Assembly (NCBI RefSeq): GCF_938045405.1
Contig: NZ_CALIMW010000057.1
Span: forward strand, 2,312-66,311
Length of the DNA stretch: 64,000 nucleotides
Origin: an uncultured Campylobacter sp.
GTDB lineage: Bacteria; Campylobacterota; Campylobacteria; Campylobacterales; Campylobacteraceae
Direction: 5' to 3'
Part shown: one piece after another, positions 46,438 through 57,012 of the stretch
Layout of the letters: the number at the start of each line of letters is the position of its first letter
Numbering within the stretch: the stretch's first letter is position 1
Made by a program: the position numbers and the translations under genes
The notes under the pieces: model-generated
The model's input: only the letters and a program-made list of their open reading frames with translations
Database searches by the model: none
What the model was told of the DNA's origin: nothing

Positions 46438-46818
46438 TCGCGTGATTGCAAATTTCGCGATAAAAGATTTAAATCGCTGCAACGCAGAGTTTTTTTGGCG
46501 AGTGCGGAATTTGCAAGCCACTTGAGTCGTTGATCGTCCACGCCTGCAACCCAAACACGACCCTGCGTGATATTGAAATTTTAAAATCCGAAATTTGCTT
46601 TAAATTTAAACTCTCCTGTGCGCGAAAATTTTAATATTCGCTCGGCTCTTAAAATTTTAAAATAGCTTTTAAAAATTTCTATAGATAAATCATTCAAGCA
46701 AATTTTACGCCGTAAAATTTTAGCTATAAAATTATAACGACTTTCAAGATGCTTTAATACAATTTTCATTAAAATCACGCCGTCTTAATTAAAATAATTT
46801 TCAAAAAAAAGGAAAATT

Positions 46819-47961
46819 TTGTCTAAATCCTTTCGCAAAATCTCGCGCAAATTTCATTTGTGGCTATCTTTGATATTTTGCATACCCCTTATAATCGTAT
46901 CCGCAAGCGGCTCGGTCTTAGTCTATGCGGAGCGGATCGATGAAGCTTTGCTGAAAGACAAGGTGTTTAGGACCCAAGAAAGCGTGGCGAAATTCCCCGT
47001 TAGAATGAAATTCAGCGCTTTGCAATCCGAGATAAAATCCAAATTTAAAGAGTACGCGATCATGGGCTGGAGCATCGCGCAAGATCCTTTAAAGACCGAT
47101 AAAATCAGACTTTCCTCTCAGAAACTGCAAAAGCGGATCATAATTTACTTAGACGCTTTTAGCGGCGAGATTAAAGGCGCGCCCATGCCGCGAGATGAGG
47201 GCTTTATCGGCGCGATAAATAAACTGCACGCGGAGCTGTTTTTAGGTCGCGGCGGTAGAATTTTTACGGGTATCGTGGGGCTTAGCGCGCTACTTATCGG
47301 CATTAGCGGCTTTTTTATCTACAAAAAATTTTGGCAAAACTTATTCTCGCTGAGGCTAGATCGGGCCATATATTTTATGCGCGGCACTCACCGCCTAATC
47401 GGAGTCGCGAGCACTCCCGTAATGTTTGCTATAGCTATAAGCGGAGCATGGTGGGAGCTAAGGGCGGTAACTTACAAGCCGCTCGCAAATCCATGCGGCG
47501 CGGTCTTGCAGAATTTTAAGACCGAGCAAAATTCCACCGTCGCAGCATCAAACGGGGCGGTAAGCATGAAAGCGGTGCAAAATCTTGCGACGCTAGATGA
47601 GGCTTTAGCGCGGATAGCGGTTAAATTTAAAGAATTTCGCTCCACCTATATCGCCTTTCCGCTCTGTCCGGGCGGCGCTTTTACCGTATACGGCTTCGAG
47701 GCGGGGCAAAACCCGCTGCAAAGCCCTTACGCGAGCCGTATCACGATATCAGATACAGGCGAAATTTTAAAAGCGGACTTTATAAACGATGCGGATTTTT
47801 CGGACAAACTTCAAGACGGCTTTCGTCGCGCCCATGCGGGCTCATACGGCGCAATAACGAAGCTTATATGGTTTTTAGCGGGGCTTGCGCCCCTATTTTT
47901 AAGCATTTGCGGATTTTACATAACCCTAAAAAATAGAAATTCTAAAAGGAGAAAGTTATGA
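46819..47961 (+). CDS. PepSY-associated TM helix domain protein
   Basis: 380 aa. N-terminal RKFHLWLSLIFCIPLIIVSASGSVLVY typical of the PepSY_TM family. ATGA-coupled to the downstream TonB-dependent receptor. Confidence 0.8.
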   Translation: MSKSFRKISRKFHLWLSLIFCIPLIIVSASGSVLVYAERIDEALLKDKVFRTQESVAKFPVRMKFSALQSEIKSKFKEYAIMGWSIAQDPLKTDKIRLSSQKLQKRIIIYLDAFSGEIKGAPMPRDEGFIGAINKLHAELFLGRGGRIFTGIVGLSALLIGISGFFIYKKFWQNLFSLRLDRAIYFMRGTHRLIGVASTPVMFAIAISGAWWELRAVTYKPLANPCGAVLQNFKTEQNSTVAASNGAVSMKAVQNLATLDEALARIAVKFKEFRSTYIAFPLCPGGAFTVYGFEAGQNPLQSPYASRITISDTGEILKADFINDADFSDKLQDGFRRAHAGSYGAITKLIWFLAGLAPLFLSICGFYITLKNRNSKRRKL

Positions 47962-50093
47962 AGAAAGTATCTCTTTCGCTCGTAGTCGCATTAAATATGC
48001 TAACTTCGCTTTATGCGGAAAATAACGCCACTGCGAGCACCCCGGAGGACTTAGGCACCATAGAAGTGCAAGATACCCAAAAGCTCCGTCGCGACGACAG
48101 AGATTATGAGGCTAGAAAGCTCGTTAAAAGTACCACCAGGCTCGATCTTACGGCGAGAGAAACGCCCCAGTCTCTTACCGTGGTGACCGAAGCCAAGCTA
48201 AAAGATATGGGGATAACCGATTATCAGGTGCTGATGCGAAATATCGCGGGCATTACGAGCGGGCGTTGGGATGAGAGGCTCTATCCTACGGCGCGCGGAT
48301 TTAGCATAGATTATTATCTGCTTGATTCGATGCCTAGCTTCGGAGGTTTTAGCCTCGGGGCGAACGATCTAAATTTGCTACCGTATGAGCGCGTCGAGGT
48401 CGTAAAGGGCGCGAACGGATTATTAGCAGGCGCAGGAAATCCTGCCGCGAGTTTAAATTTTATCCGTAAGCACGCAGATTCCACCATCCCAAAAGGTTAT
48501 ATAAGTCTAAACGGCGGCTCATACGACAAATACGGGCTTAAAACCGATGTGCAAAGCCCACTCAATCAAAGCGGTTCGGTGCGCGGACGCCTAGCGTTTA
48601 TGCATGAACGATCGCACTCCTATATGGACTATTACAATCGTCGCAATACTGCCGTTTATGGCGTATTAGATATCGATGTAACAGACGATTCAAGGCTGAG
48701 CTTTGGCTCATTTTATCAGACTCTACGCCGACATGGCACGCGCTGGGGCGGAATGCCCGCGTTTAACTCGGATGGTACGCGCACGCACTTCGGCAAAAAC
48801 AAAATTTTCTCTCAGCCTTGGACGCGATACGACATCTCTACGCTTGATTTTTATGCCGATTTTAAACAATATTTCTCAAACGAGGCGAGTTTAAGCTTGA
48901 GTTATTCGTTTCGTCGCGCTCATACCGATTCAAATTTGCTCTATTATGGCGGCAGGGTAGGCCCTGGCGGCATCGGAAACGTCGCCGATCTTAGCGTTTA
49001 TGCTAACAAGCGCGAAGAGAATATACACAATATCGATGCCTATGTGAATATCCCTTATGAATTTTTCGAACAAGATCATGAATTTGTATTTGGTGTGATG
49101 TATAATCTTTACAAAAAAGGATCTGATAACGTAAGTAGCTACTGGAATAGTCGAAACACTCCGGCAGGCCTTGCTTATGCCGCGCGTACTAGAATAAATT
49201 TTAACGACCTTCATATTGAAGATCCACGCTTACCGTATGTAGATCAAAATAATGCCGATCGAACTATTCAAAAAGCAATTTATGCCGCGAATAAACTCTC
49301 AATCACCGAGGATTTAAAGCTCTTATTAGGAACGCGGATGAGTTACTATAAATATAAAATTACAGGTGGAGCAGATAATAGAAATTTTACCCGCGAAATT
49401 ACTCCATATGCAGGGATCACCTATGATTTAGACGATCATCATACCCTTTATGCAAGTTATACGAGTATTTTTAAACCTCAAACCTACAAGGACAAAAACA
49501 ATAAATATCTTGATCCCATCCAAGGCAAGGACTACGAAGCGGGCATCAAAGGCGAGTATTTTGACGGCGATCTGCAAGCAAGCCTGGGCGTTTTTAAGAT
49601 CATCCAAGATAAGCTCGGCATCCGCACCGACGAGTATATCACGGGCACAAATTCCTACGCTTACAGGCAGGGTCGCGGAGTAACCAGCAGGGGCTTTGAA
49701 GCGGATGTAAACGGTAAAATTACCGATGCACTAAGCCTAAGCATAGGGCTAGCGCACTACAAAGCCAAAGATGCTGACGGCAATATCTACGCCAACGACT
49801 CCTCCCGCACCAGCGCAAATCTTTTTGCAAAATATGAGATCGGCACATTTAGAATCGGCGCAGGCGCGATGTATCGCTCAAAGATTTATTCCGACTCGCC
49901 ATACGGCAGGATCGAGCAGAAAGCCTACACGATTGCAAACGTAATGCTAGGCTACAAAGCGAGTAAAAACCTAGATGTGCAGCTAAACGTCGATAACATA
50001 ACCGATAAGCGCTATTTTGAGGGTATCGGTTCTAATCGAATGATCTACGGCGATCCGCGCACCTTCAATCTAAGCCTTACGTATAACTTTTGA
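47958..50093 (+). CDS. TonB-dependent outer-membrane receptor (siderophore/iron-complex type)
   Basis: 711 aa. Signal peptide. TonB-box-like ETPQSLTVVT, plug and 22-strand barrel. C-terminal aromatic terminus ...LTYNF. Confidence 0.9.
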   Translation: MKKVSLSLVVALNMLTSLYAENNATASTPEDLGTIEVQDTQKLRRDDRDYEARKLVKSTTRLDLTARETPQSLTVVTEAKLKDMGITDYQVLMRNIAGITSGRWDERLYPTARGFSIDYYLLDSMPSFGGFSLGANDLNLLPYERVEVVKGANGLLAGAGNPAASLNFIRKHADSTIPKGYISLNGGSYDKYGLKTDVQSPLNQSGSVRGRLAFMHERSHSYMDYYNRRNTAVYGVLDIDVTDDSRLSFGSFYQTLRRHGTRWGGMPAFNSDGTRTHFGKNKIFSQPWTRYDISTLDFYADFKQYFSNEASLSLSYSFRRAHTDSNLLYYGGRVGPGGIGNVADLSVYANKREENIHNIDAYVNIPYEFFEQDHEFVFGVMYNLYKKGSDNVSSYWNSRNTPAGLAYAARTRINFNDLHIEDPRLPYVDQNNADRTIQKAIYAANKLSITEDLKLLLGTRMSYYKYKITGGADNRNFTREITPYAGITYDLDDHHTLYASYTSIFKPQTYKDKNNKYLDPIQGKDYEAGIKGEYFDGDLQASLGVFKIIQDKLGIRTDEYITGTNSYAYRQGRGVTSRGFEADVNGKITDALSLSIGLAHYKAKDADGNIYANDSSRTSANLFAKYEIGTFRIGAGAMYRSKIYSDSPYGRIEQKAYTIANVMLGYKASKNLDVQLNVDNITDKRYFEGIGSNRMIYGDPRTFNLSLTYNF

Positions 50094-50314
50094 CCCAAAT
50101 AGTCGCGGCGGAATTTGTCTAGTGCTTAGCTCTAATAGAATTCCATCGCGACGCCATAGATAAATGGCAAATTAAGCCTAAATTTCGTAAAATCACCGCT
50201 AAGACGCGAGGTCGCGTAATACGTTTAAAGGCAAACGATGCAAAGTTCAACCCCATAAATCCCGCTAAATTTAAACCAAATCAACCATCAAATTTAAATT
50301 TAACGGAGACAACC

Positions 50315-52768
50315 ATGAAAAGACGAGATTTTCTAAAACTAGGCGCGCTGGCGGCGGCTTCAGCGCAGGCAAAACAATTAGGCGCGGCGGCGCAGGCGAT
50401 ATTTGACGAGCAGATGGGGCTTTGCGCGAATAAATTCGGCGCGTTTTACGTCCAAACCATCGGCGGCAGGGTCGTGGGCACAGAGCCGTTTGAGGGCGAC
50501 GCGATGCCAACGGTGCTAAATAACGCTCTAAGCGATCACATCCAAAACGAAACGCGCGTGAAATACCCTTATGTGCGCAAAAGCTTCCTTGCCGATCCCT
50601 CAAATCCAAAGCCGCAGCTTCGCGGCAAAGAGCCCTTCGTGCGCGTTAGCTGGGACGAGGCGATAAAGCTAAGCGCTAAAATTTTAAAAGAAAACTTCGA
50701 CAAATACGGCTCGGAGGCCATTTACGGACAGCTTTATCAGTGGGGCAGCCTCGGTAAGGTCGGCCACTCGCAGCGCACCGCAAAGCGCATGCTAAACGCG
50801 CTTGGAGGCTACGTGAGCGAGCTTGGCGGCTACTCTTACGGCGCGGCGACGGCGTTTTTGCCTCACGTGACGGGCTCTATCGATCCGACGCACGCTCCGA
50901 CGCGCTGGGAGGGCGTGATAAAGGAAGCCAAAACGATCGTGTTTTGGGGCACGAATCCCGTCGTTTCAAACAAGATCGCTATCGGCGTACCGATGCACAA
51001 CTCCTACGCCTACTACGAGATTATGAAGGATAAATTTAAAAAAGGCGAGATGAAAATTTACAGCGTCGACGTTTACCGCAACGAAACGGCGGAGTATTTC
51101 GGCGCGCAGTATCTAGCCGTGCGCCCTTGCACCGATACGGCGATGCTGATCGGGCTTTGCGAATATCTTTACGAAAACGGACTTTACGACAAGGAATTTA
51201 TCGAGCGCTACACGGTCGGGTTTGATAAATTTAAGGATTATTTCACGGGCGCGAAAGACGGCGTGAAAAAGGATCTAAAATGGGCGAGTAAAATTTGCGG
51301 CGTGAGCGAAAAGGAGTTAAAAAATTTAGCCGATACGCTGGCCAAAAAAGACACGCTCATCGTCACGGGCTACGCGATACAGCGCCAGCACCACGGCGAG
51401 ATGGCGTACTGGGCGCTGATCACGCTAGCGGCGATGCTAGGCGACATCGGCAAGACCGGGCGCGGCTACGTGATGAACGATCAGATGCATAAAAACGCCG
51501 ACATTAGCTTCATCGCGCCAAAGCTTCAGGCTTTTAATCCCGCGGTAAACGAAAAATACATCGCCCCGCAGGGCAAGCTAGCTAAGGCTAAATATCACGA
51601 GATACCAAACAGCAGGCTCATAGACGCGATCATGGAGCCGGGCAAAGAGATCGAGCGCAACGGCAAAAAGTACGTCATGCCGCACATTCGCGTGATGTTT
51701 AACGCCAACGGCTCGACCTTCACCCGCCACCCGGACACCAACCGCGCGGTCGCAGCGATGAAAAAGATCGAAGCGATCATCACCACGGAACCGTTTTGGA
51801 CGAGTACGGCGAGGCTTAGCGACATCGTGCTGCCGTCGGCTCTGGAGTGCGAGCGCACGGATATAGAGTTCGCAAATTCGACTAGCGAGTATCTTTTTGC
51901 GATTAAGCCGCTAGTAAAGCCCGCAGGCGAGAGCAAGAGCGACTTTGAGATCGCGCGGCTCATCTGCGCTCAGTGGGGCGAGGAGTACGAGCAGGCCTTT
52001 AGCGAGGGTAAAACGGAGCTTGAGTGGGTGAAGGAAATCTACGCCGATGCAGTCCAAAAAGCCGAAGGCATGGGCATAGCAATGCCGAAATTTGAGGAGT
52101 TTTGGCAAAAAGGCTACGTTAAATTTGATAAAATCGACGAGAAAAAGCGGTACTTCACAAACTACGCGGACTTCCGCGCCGATCCCGAGAAAAACGCGCT
52201 AAAAACCCCGTCGGGCAAGATCGAACTCTACTCCGAAGCGGTCGAAAAGCTAGGTTACGGCGACTGCCCGCCGCACGCGACGTGGATGGAGCCGTTTGAG
52301 TGGCTGGACGGCGACGTGAGCAAGTATCCTATCGCCATCAGCGGCGCGCACTCTAAATTTAGGCTCCACTCGCAGCTAAACAGCTCGCTCATCCGCAACT
52401 ACGCCGAGATCGCTAACCGCGAACCCGCGCTAATTAGCCCCGCCACGGCAAAGGCGCGCGGTATCAAAACGGGCGACGTAGTGAGGATCTACAACGACCG
52501 AGGCGAGATCCTCTGCGGCGCGCTGGTGAGCGACACGGCGCAAGATAACGTCGTGATCGTAAGCGAAGGCGCGTGGTACGATCCCGCCGTCTGGGGCGAG
52601 CGTAACCTATGCAAGCACGGCAACATAAACGTGCTAACCAAGGATGTGCCTAGCTCGCAGCTATCGCAAAGCAACACCGCGCACACAAGCATGGTGCAGA
52701 TCGAGAAATTTAAAGGCGAACTACCGAGCGTAACGGCGTTTGATAGGCCCGCGACGATAGAGGTTTAG
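50315..52768 (+). CDS. Tat-exported molybdopterin (bis-MGD) oxidoreductase of the TMAO/DMSO/biotin-sulfoxide reductase (TorA/BisC) family
   Basis: 817 aa. Twin-arginine signal MKRRDFLKLGALAAASAQA. No N-terminal Fe-S Cys motif (TorA/BisC type). Molybdopterin and C-terminal dinucleotide-binding domains. Confidence 0.85.
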   Translation: MKRRDFLKLGALAAASAQAKQLGAAAQAIFDEQMGLCANKFGAFYVQTIGGRVVGTEPFEGDAMPTVLNNALSDHIQNETRVKYPYVRKSFLADPSNPKPQLRGKEPFVRVSWDEAIKLSAKILKENFDKYGSEAIYGQLYQWGSLGKVGHSQRTAKRMLNALGGYVSELGGYSYGAATAFLPHVTGSIDPTHAPTRWEGVIKEAKTIVFWGTNPVVSNKIAIGVPMHNSYAYYEIMKDKFKKGEMKIYSVDVYRNETAEYFGAQYLAVRPCTDTAMLIGLCEYLYENGLYDKEFIERYTVGFDKFKDYFTGAKDGVKKDLKWASKICGVSEKELKNLADTLAKKDTLIVTGYAIQRQHHGEMAYWALITLAAMLGDIGKTGRGYVMNDQMHKNADISFIAPKLQAFNPAVNEKYIAPQGKLAKAKYHEIPNSRLIDAIMEPGKEIERNGKKYVMPHIRVMFNANGSTFTRHPDTNRAVAAMKKIEAIITTEPFWTSTARLSDIVLPSALECERTDIEFANSTSEYLFAIKPLVKPAGESKSDFEIARLICAQWGEEYEQAFSEGKTELEWVKEIYADAVQKAEGMGIAMPKFEEFWQKGYVKFDKIDEKKRYFTNYADFRADPEKNALKTPSGKIELYSEAVEKLGYGDCPPHATWMEPFEWLDGDVSKYPIAISGAHSKFRLHSQLNSSLIRNYAEIANREPALISPATAKARGIKTGDVVRIYNDRGEILCGALVSDTAQDNVVIVSEGAWYDPAVWGERNLCKHGNINVLTKDVPSSQLSQSNTAHTSMVQIEKFKGELPSVTAFDRPATIEV

Positions 52769-52796
52769 CGCGCTTTCTAGCTCTTGTGCCAAAGCC

Positions 52797-53846
52797 CTAC
52801 CAGCCGTTTATCGCAAACAAAATCGCTAAGTTTTTCTGCGCCAAGAGCTCATCCGAGAGGCGGTCGTATTCGCCCCCGAGCCCCTTTTCTTGTGCCATAG
52901 ACGGCGGCTCATCATCCCAAGAGCCCATCGCACCGAATACATCGGCGATCCCCGCTGCGGCAAACGCCCTCAAGCTCGGCTGCGGCAGCGCTGCAAACGA
53001 AACGGCGTAATACTCGCCCACAGCGACTTCGCCCCGCAGCGTCTTAAGCGCATTATCAAACGTCTGCGCAAAGTTTTCGCAGCCTATCTTGCTCGCAAAA
53101 TCCCTGATTTGCACTAAAACATTCTCGAATTCTGCGCTGTTATCGCGCGCGCTTAGCGCATCCCGCGGCATCCCGCGCCAAAGGCGCTCGACGTATTTCA
53201 CGCGCCAAGCCTTTTTATCGCGATCGTATTTCCAATCAGGCGTAAAAACGCCATCAAAGTCCTCAAAGCGGCAGACGATGCCGTTTACGCTCATACCCGA
53301 AAAGCCCAAAAGCGCTCTATCTTTTGCGAAAGTTGGAATACTAAGCCCCGCGTCCTTCAGACCGAGCTTTAGGCACTGCTCTATCCAACGTCGCCGTGCG
53401 GAGATCGGCTCGTCCTCGCGCCCTTTTTGCGCGAGCCGTCCGGTGAAAAACTCGCGCTCTTTTTGCGCGACTTGCTCGGTAAAAAATTTGTGCTCTTTTT
53501 GCAGAAACGACGAGCCCGTGCTTTCGTCGGCGCCTTTTTTACCCGCCGTTTTTTCATTTACTGCTTCTTTGCCGTTCGCGCGCTTTTGCTCCGTTACATC
53601 GCCGCTCTCGGCGACTTTGTCCGTCGCACTGCTCTGCACTGCGCCGTACGCATCTTTACTTGCGTCGTTTACGCCGCCATACGCTGCGCGGATCGCGCCC
53701 TCTGCGGTGCGAAAATGCTCCTTTGCAAACTCAAAATTTAAATATTTTATATATTTTTGATCTTGCAGGAGTGGCTTAGGATTGCCGCGCAGAGCTAATT
53801 TTAGCGCGACGCACAGCGCGCACGAGAGATATATTTCGCCGTTCAT
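52797..53846 (-). CDS. hypothetical protein with N-terminal low-complexity region and internal 11-aa duplication
   Basis: 349-aa ORF convergent with the molybdoenzyme gene. GC-rich, consistent codon usage. No recognisable domain. Contains a 33-bp direct repeat (53440-53510). Confidence 0.45.
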   Translation of the reverse strand: MNGEIYLSCALCVALKLALRGNPKPLLQDQKYIKYLNFEFAKEHFRTAEGAIRAAYGGVNDASKDAYGAVQSSATDKVAESGDVTEQKRANGKEAVNEKTAGKKGADESTGSSFLQKEHKFFTEQVAQKEREFFTGRLAQKGREDEPISARRRWIEQCLKLGLKDAGLSIPTFAKDRALLGFSGMSVNGIVCRFEDFDGVFTPDWKYDRDKKAWRVKYVERLWRGMPRDALSARDNSAEFENVLVQIRDFASKIGCENFAQTFDNALKTLRGEVAVGEYYAVSFAALPQPSLRAFAAAGIADVFGAMGSWDDEPPSMAQEKGLGGEYDRLSDELLAQKNLAILFAINGW

Positions 53847-53949
53847 AGATATCCTTTAATTTCGATCGCTGCCGTTCATGCGGCGGATTATTTATGCTCC
53901 GCACCAAAAGCTAGCGGCGGCAAAATTTTAAAATTTTGCGCCTTAGCGA

Positions 53950-54450
53950 CAAATTTAATCACGATAAAATTTGCGCGTGAAGCAAAAACAAATCTGCGCA
54001 AAGATAGAATTCACAACCACCGCGAACATAAAATTAAAAGCAGCTGCCGTATCGAAAAAGGTACCGCTATAAATTTAGAGCAGCTCACACACGGGCACGG
54101 ATAAAATTCCGAAGCCGAAATCTACAAATACCACAAACAAGGCGACTTGCGTTAAATTTACGCGCACTTTAAAAATGACAAACCGCTTTAAAGAAATTTC
54201 AATCGCGCTCGCGCTATGAAATTTTAAAAGCAAGTTACCACACCGAGCTACCGATAAATTTAAGCAAGGCGATCGCACTACTGGATCAAAGATCGCGCCG
54301 ATACCGAGCAAAACGCGCTATGAAATTTTAAAGACAAGTCGCCGCGCCTACGCTGCCACCAAATTTAAAATGAACCGATCGCACCGCAAAATTTTAAAAG
54401 CGAGCCGTTGCGCCCAAACTAGCTAAATTTAAAATAAAGTAATCGCTCCG
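53950..54450. repeat. degenerate ~50-bp tandem repeats (gaaattttaaaagcRag...cc...aaatttaa) between the hypothetical gene start and the pyrC 3' end
   Basis: Recurring gcgctatgaaattttaaaagcaagttaccacaccgagctaccgataaatttaagcaaggcgatcgcac-like units with several partial copies. Confidence 0.65.
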
Positions 54451-54526
54451 TTTATGCTACGAATGCCGCCCGTCAGCAAGCTGCGCCCGCCAAGTCGCCG
54501 CTCGCAAGCTCTACGCCGAAAGCGTG

Positions 54527-55807
54527 CTACGCTACGACGTTTGGAAACTCATAGACCACGCGGCCGCTTTTGATCGTGCAAACCGCAGCGCCCGTAAGCT
54601 GCTTGCCGAGAAGCGGCGAGTTGCGCGATTTGGACTTATTTAGCGCCTCGTCGTAAACGTAGGAAATCTGCGGATCGATGATCGCGACGTCGGCCAAAAA
54701 GCCCTCTTTGATCTCGCCCTTGTCCTTTAAATTTAGAATTTTGGCCGGGTTAAACGAGCAGAGGCGCACCATGTCTTCAAGGCTGATGACCCCCTCGTTT
54801 ACGAGCCGCAGCGTAAGCGGCACGAGGGTTTGAAGCCCTAAAATTCCAAACGGCGCGTGATCAAATTCTACGAATTTATCGTCGGTATTATGCGGAGCGT
54901 GATCGGTCACGATGGCGTCGATCAGACCGCTTTTAAGCGCCTCTCTGATCGCCTGCACATCGCTTTGGGTGCGAAGCGGCGGCGACATTTTAAAATTCGT
55001 ATCGTATCCCATCAGCTCGCGCTCGTCGAAGGTGAAGTGATGCGGCGTAGCCTCGCAGGTGACGCGGATACCCTCGCGCTTAGCCTGCTCGATGAGTTTT
55101 AGCGACCACGCCGAGCTTACGTGCGCGATGTGGATGTGCCCGCCCGTCTTTTTGGCAAGCAGCAGATCGCGCGCGATCATAATCTCCTCTTTTTCGCTCG
55201 CCATCCCCTTTAGACCGAGGATCGCGCTGACTTTGCCCTCGTTCATCACGCCGCCGTGGCAAAGCGAGCAATCCTCGCTGTGATTTATCACGAACGAGCC
55301 GAAGTGAGCGGAGTATTCGAGCGCCTGTCGCATCACGGAGCTGTCGGTCACAGGCAGCCCGTCGTCGCTGAAAGCCACACAGCCCGCCTCAAGCATATCG
55401 CCCATCTCGACGATTTTTGCGCCCTTGCAGTCCTGCGAGATCGCGCCTATCGGTAGTAGATCAATAAGCCCGCGTCCCTTAGCCTTGGCGATCATCGCGC
55501 GCGTGATGCTGGAGTTGTCGTTTACGGGCTTGGTATTTGCCATCGGAAGGCAGGTCGTCACGCCGCCTGCGACCGCGGTTTCGCTGCCGCTAATGACGTC
55601 ATCTTTGTATTCGAGCCCCGGATCTCTAAAATGCACGTGCATATCGATGAGCCCAGGCATCACGAGCTTGCCCGCAGCGTCTATGACGCGGTCTGCGGCG
55701 GGACACTCGCGCGTGATCTTTGAAATTTTATCGCCCTCGATCAGGACGTTCGCCTCCTCGCTGCCGTTATGATTAACGATCGTGCCGTTTTTTATCAAAA
55801 TTTTCAT
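54527..55807 (-). CDS. pyrC: dihydroorotase (multifunctional-complex type)
   Basis: 426 aa. LIDMHVHFRDPG metal-binding motif. Amidohydrolase fold. 4-nt overlap with pyrB. Confidence 0.9.
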   Translation of the reverse strand: MKILIKNGTIVNHNGSEEANVLIEGDKISKITRECPAADRVIDAAGKLVMPGLIDMHVHFRDPGLEYKDDVISGSETAVAGGVTTCLPMANTKPVNDNSSITRAMIAKAKGRGLIDLLPIGAISQDCKGAKIVEMGDMLEAGCVAFSDDGLPVTDSSVMRQALEYSAHFGSFVINHSEDCSLCHGGVMNEGKVSAILGLKGMASEKEEIMIARDLLLAKKTGGHIHIAHVSSAWSLKLIEQAKREGIRVTCEATPHHFTFDERELMGYDTNFKMSPPLRTQSDVQAIREALKSGLIDAIVTDHAPHNTDDKFVEFDHAPFGILGLQTLVPLTLRLVNEGVISLEDMVRLCSFNPAKILNLKDKGEIKEGFLADVAIIDPQISYVYDEALNKSKSRNSPLLGKQLTGAAVCTIKSGRVVYEFPNVVA

Positions 55808-56733
55808 CGTGCGCTCCTATTTAAATTTATCGTATGAAGTATCGCCATTCGCATCGCCTCGCCGTTTTCTACCTGATCTAAAACGCAGCTATAGCGCGGA
55901 TCGTCGGCTACGTCGGAGTTGATCTCCACGCCGCGGTTGATCGGGCCTGGGTGCATTATCATGACGCCCTCTTTCGCCGCTTGCATTCGCTTGGCGGTAA
56001 GTCCGAAAAATTTCGAGTACTCGCGCACGCTCGGGAAGCTCGGCTCGCCGTCTTGCCGCTCGAGCTGTATTCTAAGCATGATGATGACGTCGGCGCCCTC
56101 TATCGCCTCCTCTACGCTTTTGCATATCGGGCAACCGAACGCGTCGCAGTCGCGCAGCATCATCGGAGGGCCGAAGAGCCGCACGTTTATGCCGAGCTTT
56201 CGCATCGCCCAGATGTCGCTTCTAGCTACGCGCGAGCGAAATATATCGCCGATGATCGCGACGTTTAAATTCTCGATCCTGCCCTTGTGCTCGCTGATCG
56301 TAAAAAGATCCAGCAGCGCCTGGCTCGGGTGCTCGTTCAGCCCGTCGCCCGCATTTACGATCGATGCGTCGCAGTTGGCCGCGACGAATTTCGCCGCGCC
56401 CGAGCAGCTGTGGCGCAGCACGAATATATCCGTGCGCATCGCCTGCATATTTCTGATGGTATCGATCAGCGTCTCGCCCTTTTTCGTGCTGCTGTCCGCA
56501 GCCGTGAAATTTACGCTGTCCGCGCCCAGGCGCTTGGCTGCGATCTCAAAGCTCGTGCGGGTGCGGGTGGAGTTTTCAAAAAACGCGTTGATGACCGTCT
56601 TGCCGCGAAGCGAGTCGGATTTTTTGATATCGCTGCGGTTGAGCGATTTAAACTCGCGCGCCAGATCAATGAAGTCGTAGATGTCCTCGCGGCTCAGATC
56701 CTGCGCGCTAAGAAGATGCTTTAGCTTATACAT
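55804..56733 (-). CDS. pyrB: aspartate carbamoyltransferase catalytic subunit
   Basis: 309 aa. STRTR carbamoyl-phosphate motif. HPGP / HCLP-type Asp-binding region (MIMHPGP). Confidence 0.95.
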   Translation of the reverse strand: MYKLKHLLSAQDLSREDIYDFIDLAREFKSLNRSDIKKSDSLRGKTVINAFFENSTRTRTSFEIAAKRLGADSVNFTAADSSTKKGETLIDTIRNMQAMRTDIFVLRHSCSGAAKFVAANCDASIVNAGDGLNEHPSQALLDLFTISEHKGRIENLNVAIIGDIFRSRVARSDIWAMRKLGINVRLFGPPMMLRDCDAFGCPICKSVEEAIEGADVIIMLRIQLERQDGEPSFPSVREYSKFFGLTAKRMQAAKEGVMIMHPGPINRGVEINSDVADDPRYSCVLDQVENGEAMRMAILHTINLNRSAR

Positions 56734-57012
56734 TCCCTCTCCTTTTTTGGGCCGAATTTCAGCCGTAATTGTATAAAAAAATCTCTGATAAAATTTTAAA
56801 ATTTAAGAGCGGGGCTCAAATTTAGACGCGAAATTTTGCTTGGAATTTCATTTAAGATCACATACGAAGCGTGAGCGGAATTTTGGGGTAAAATTTAAAA
56901 ATTTTAGGATTAAATTTGAGCTTTTTGAGCGAAAATTTTAAAAAATCCGCCACGCCACTTACGTAAAATTTTAAAGCTTTACGCGCGGCGGGCGGCTAGA
57001 AAAACAAAGAAT

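Noticed and set aside
46581-46778. 65-aa minus-strand ORF in the AT-rich spacer upstream of the PepSY/TonB-receptor pair
   Set aside because: It lies in promoter DNA, has no RBS and an AT-rich, improbable composition. It is more likely a regulatory region.
53089-53760. 223-aa and 104-aa plus-strand ORFs antisense to the 349-aa hypothetical gene
   Set aside because: They are Ser/Arg/Ala-rich antisense readings with no independent support.
55919-56680. 253-aa plus-strand ORF inside pyrB
   Set aside because: It is antisense to a strongly supported pyrB CDS. Spurious long antisense ORFs are typical in GC-rich coding sequence.
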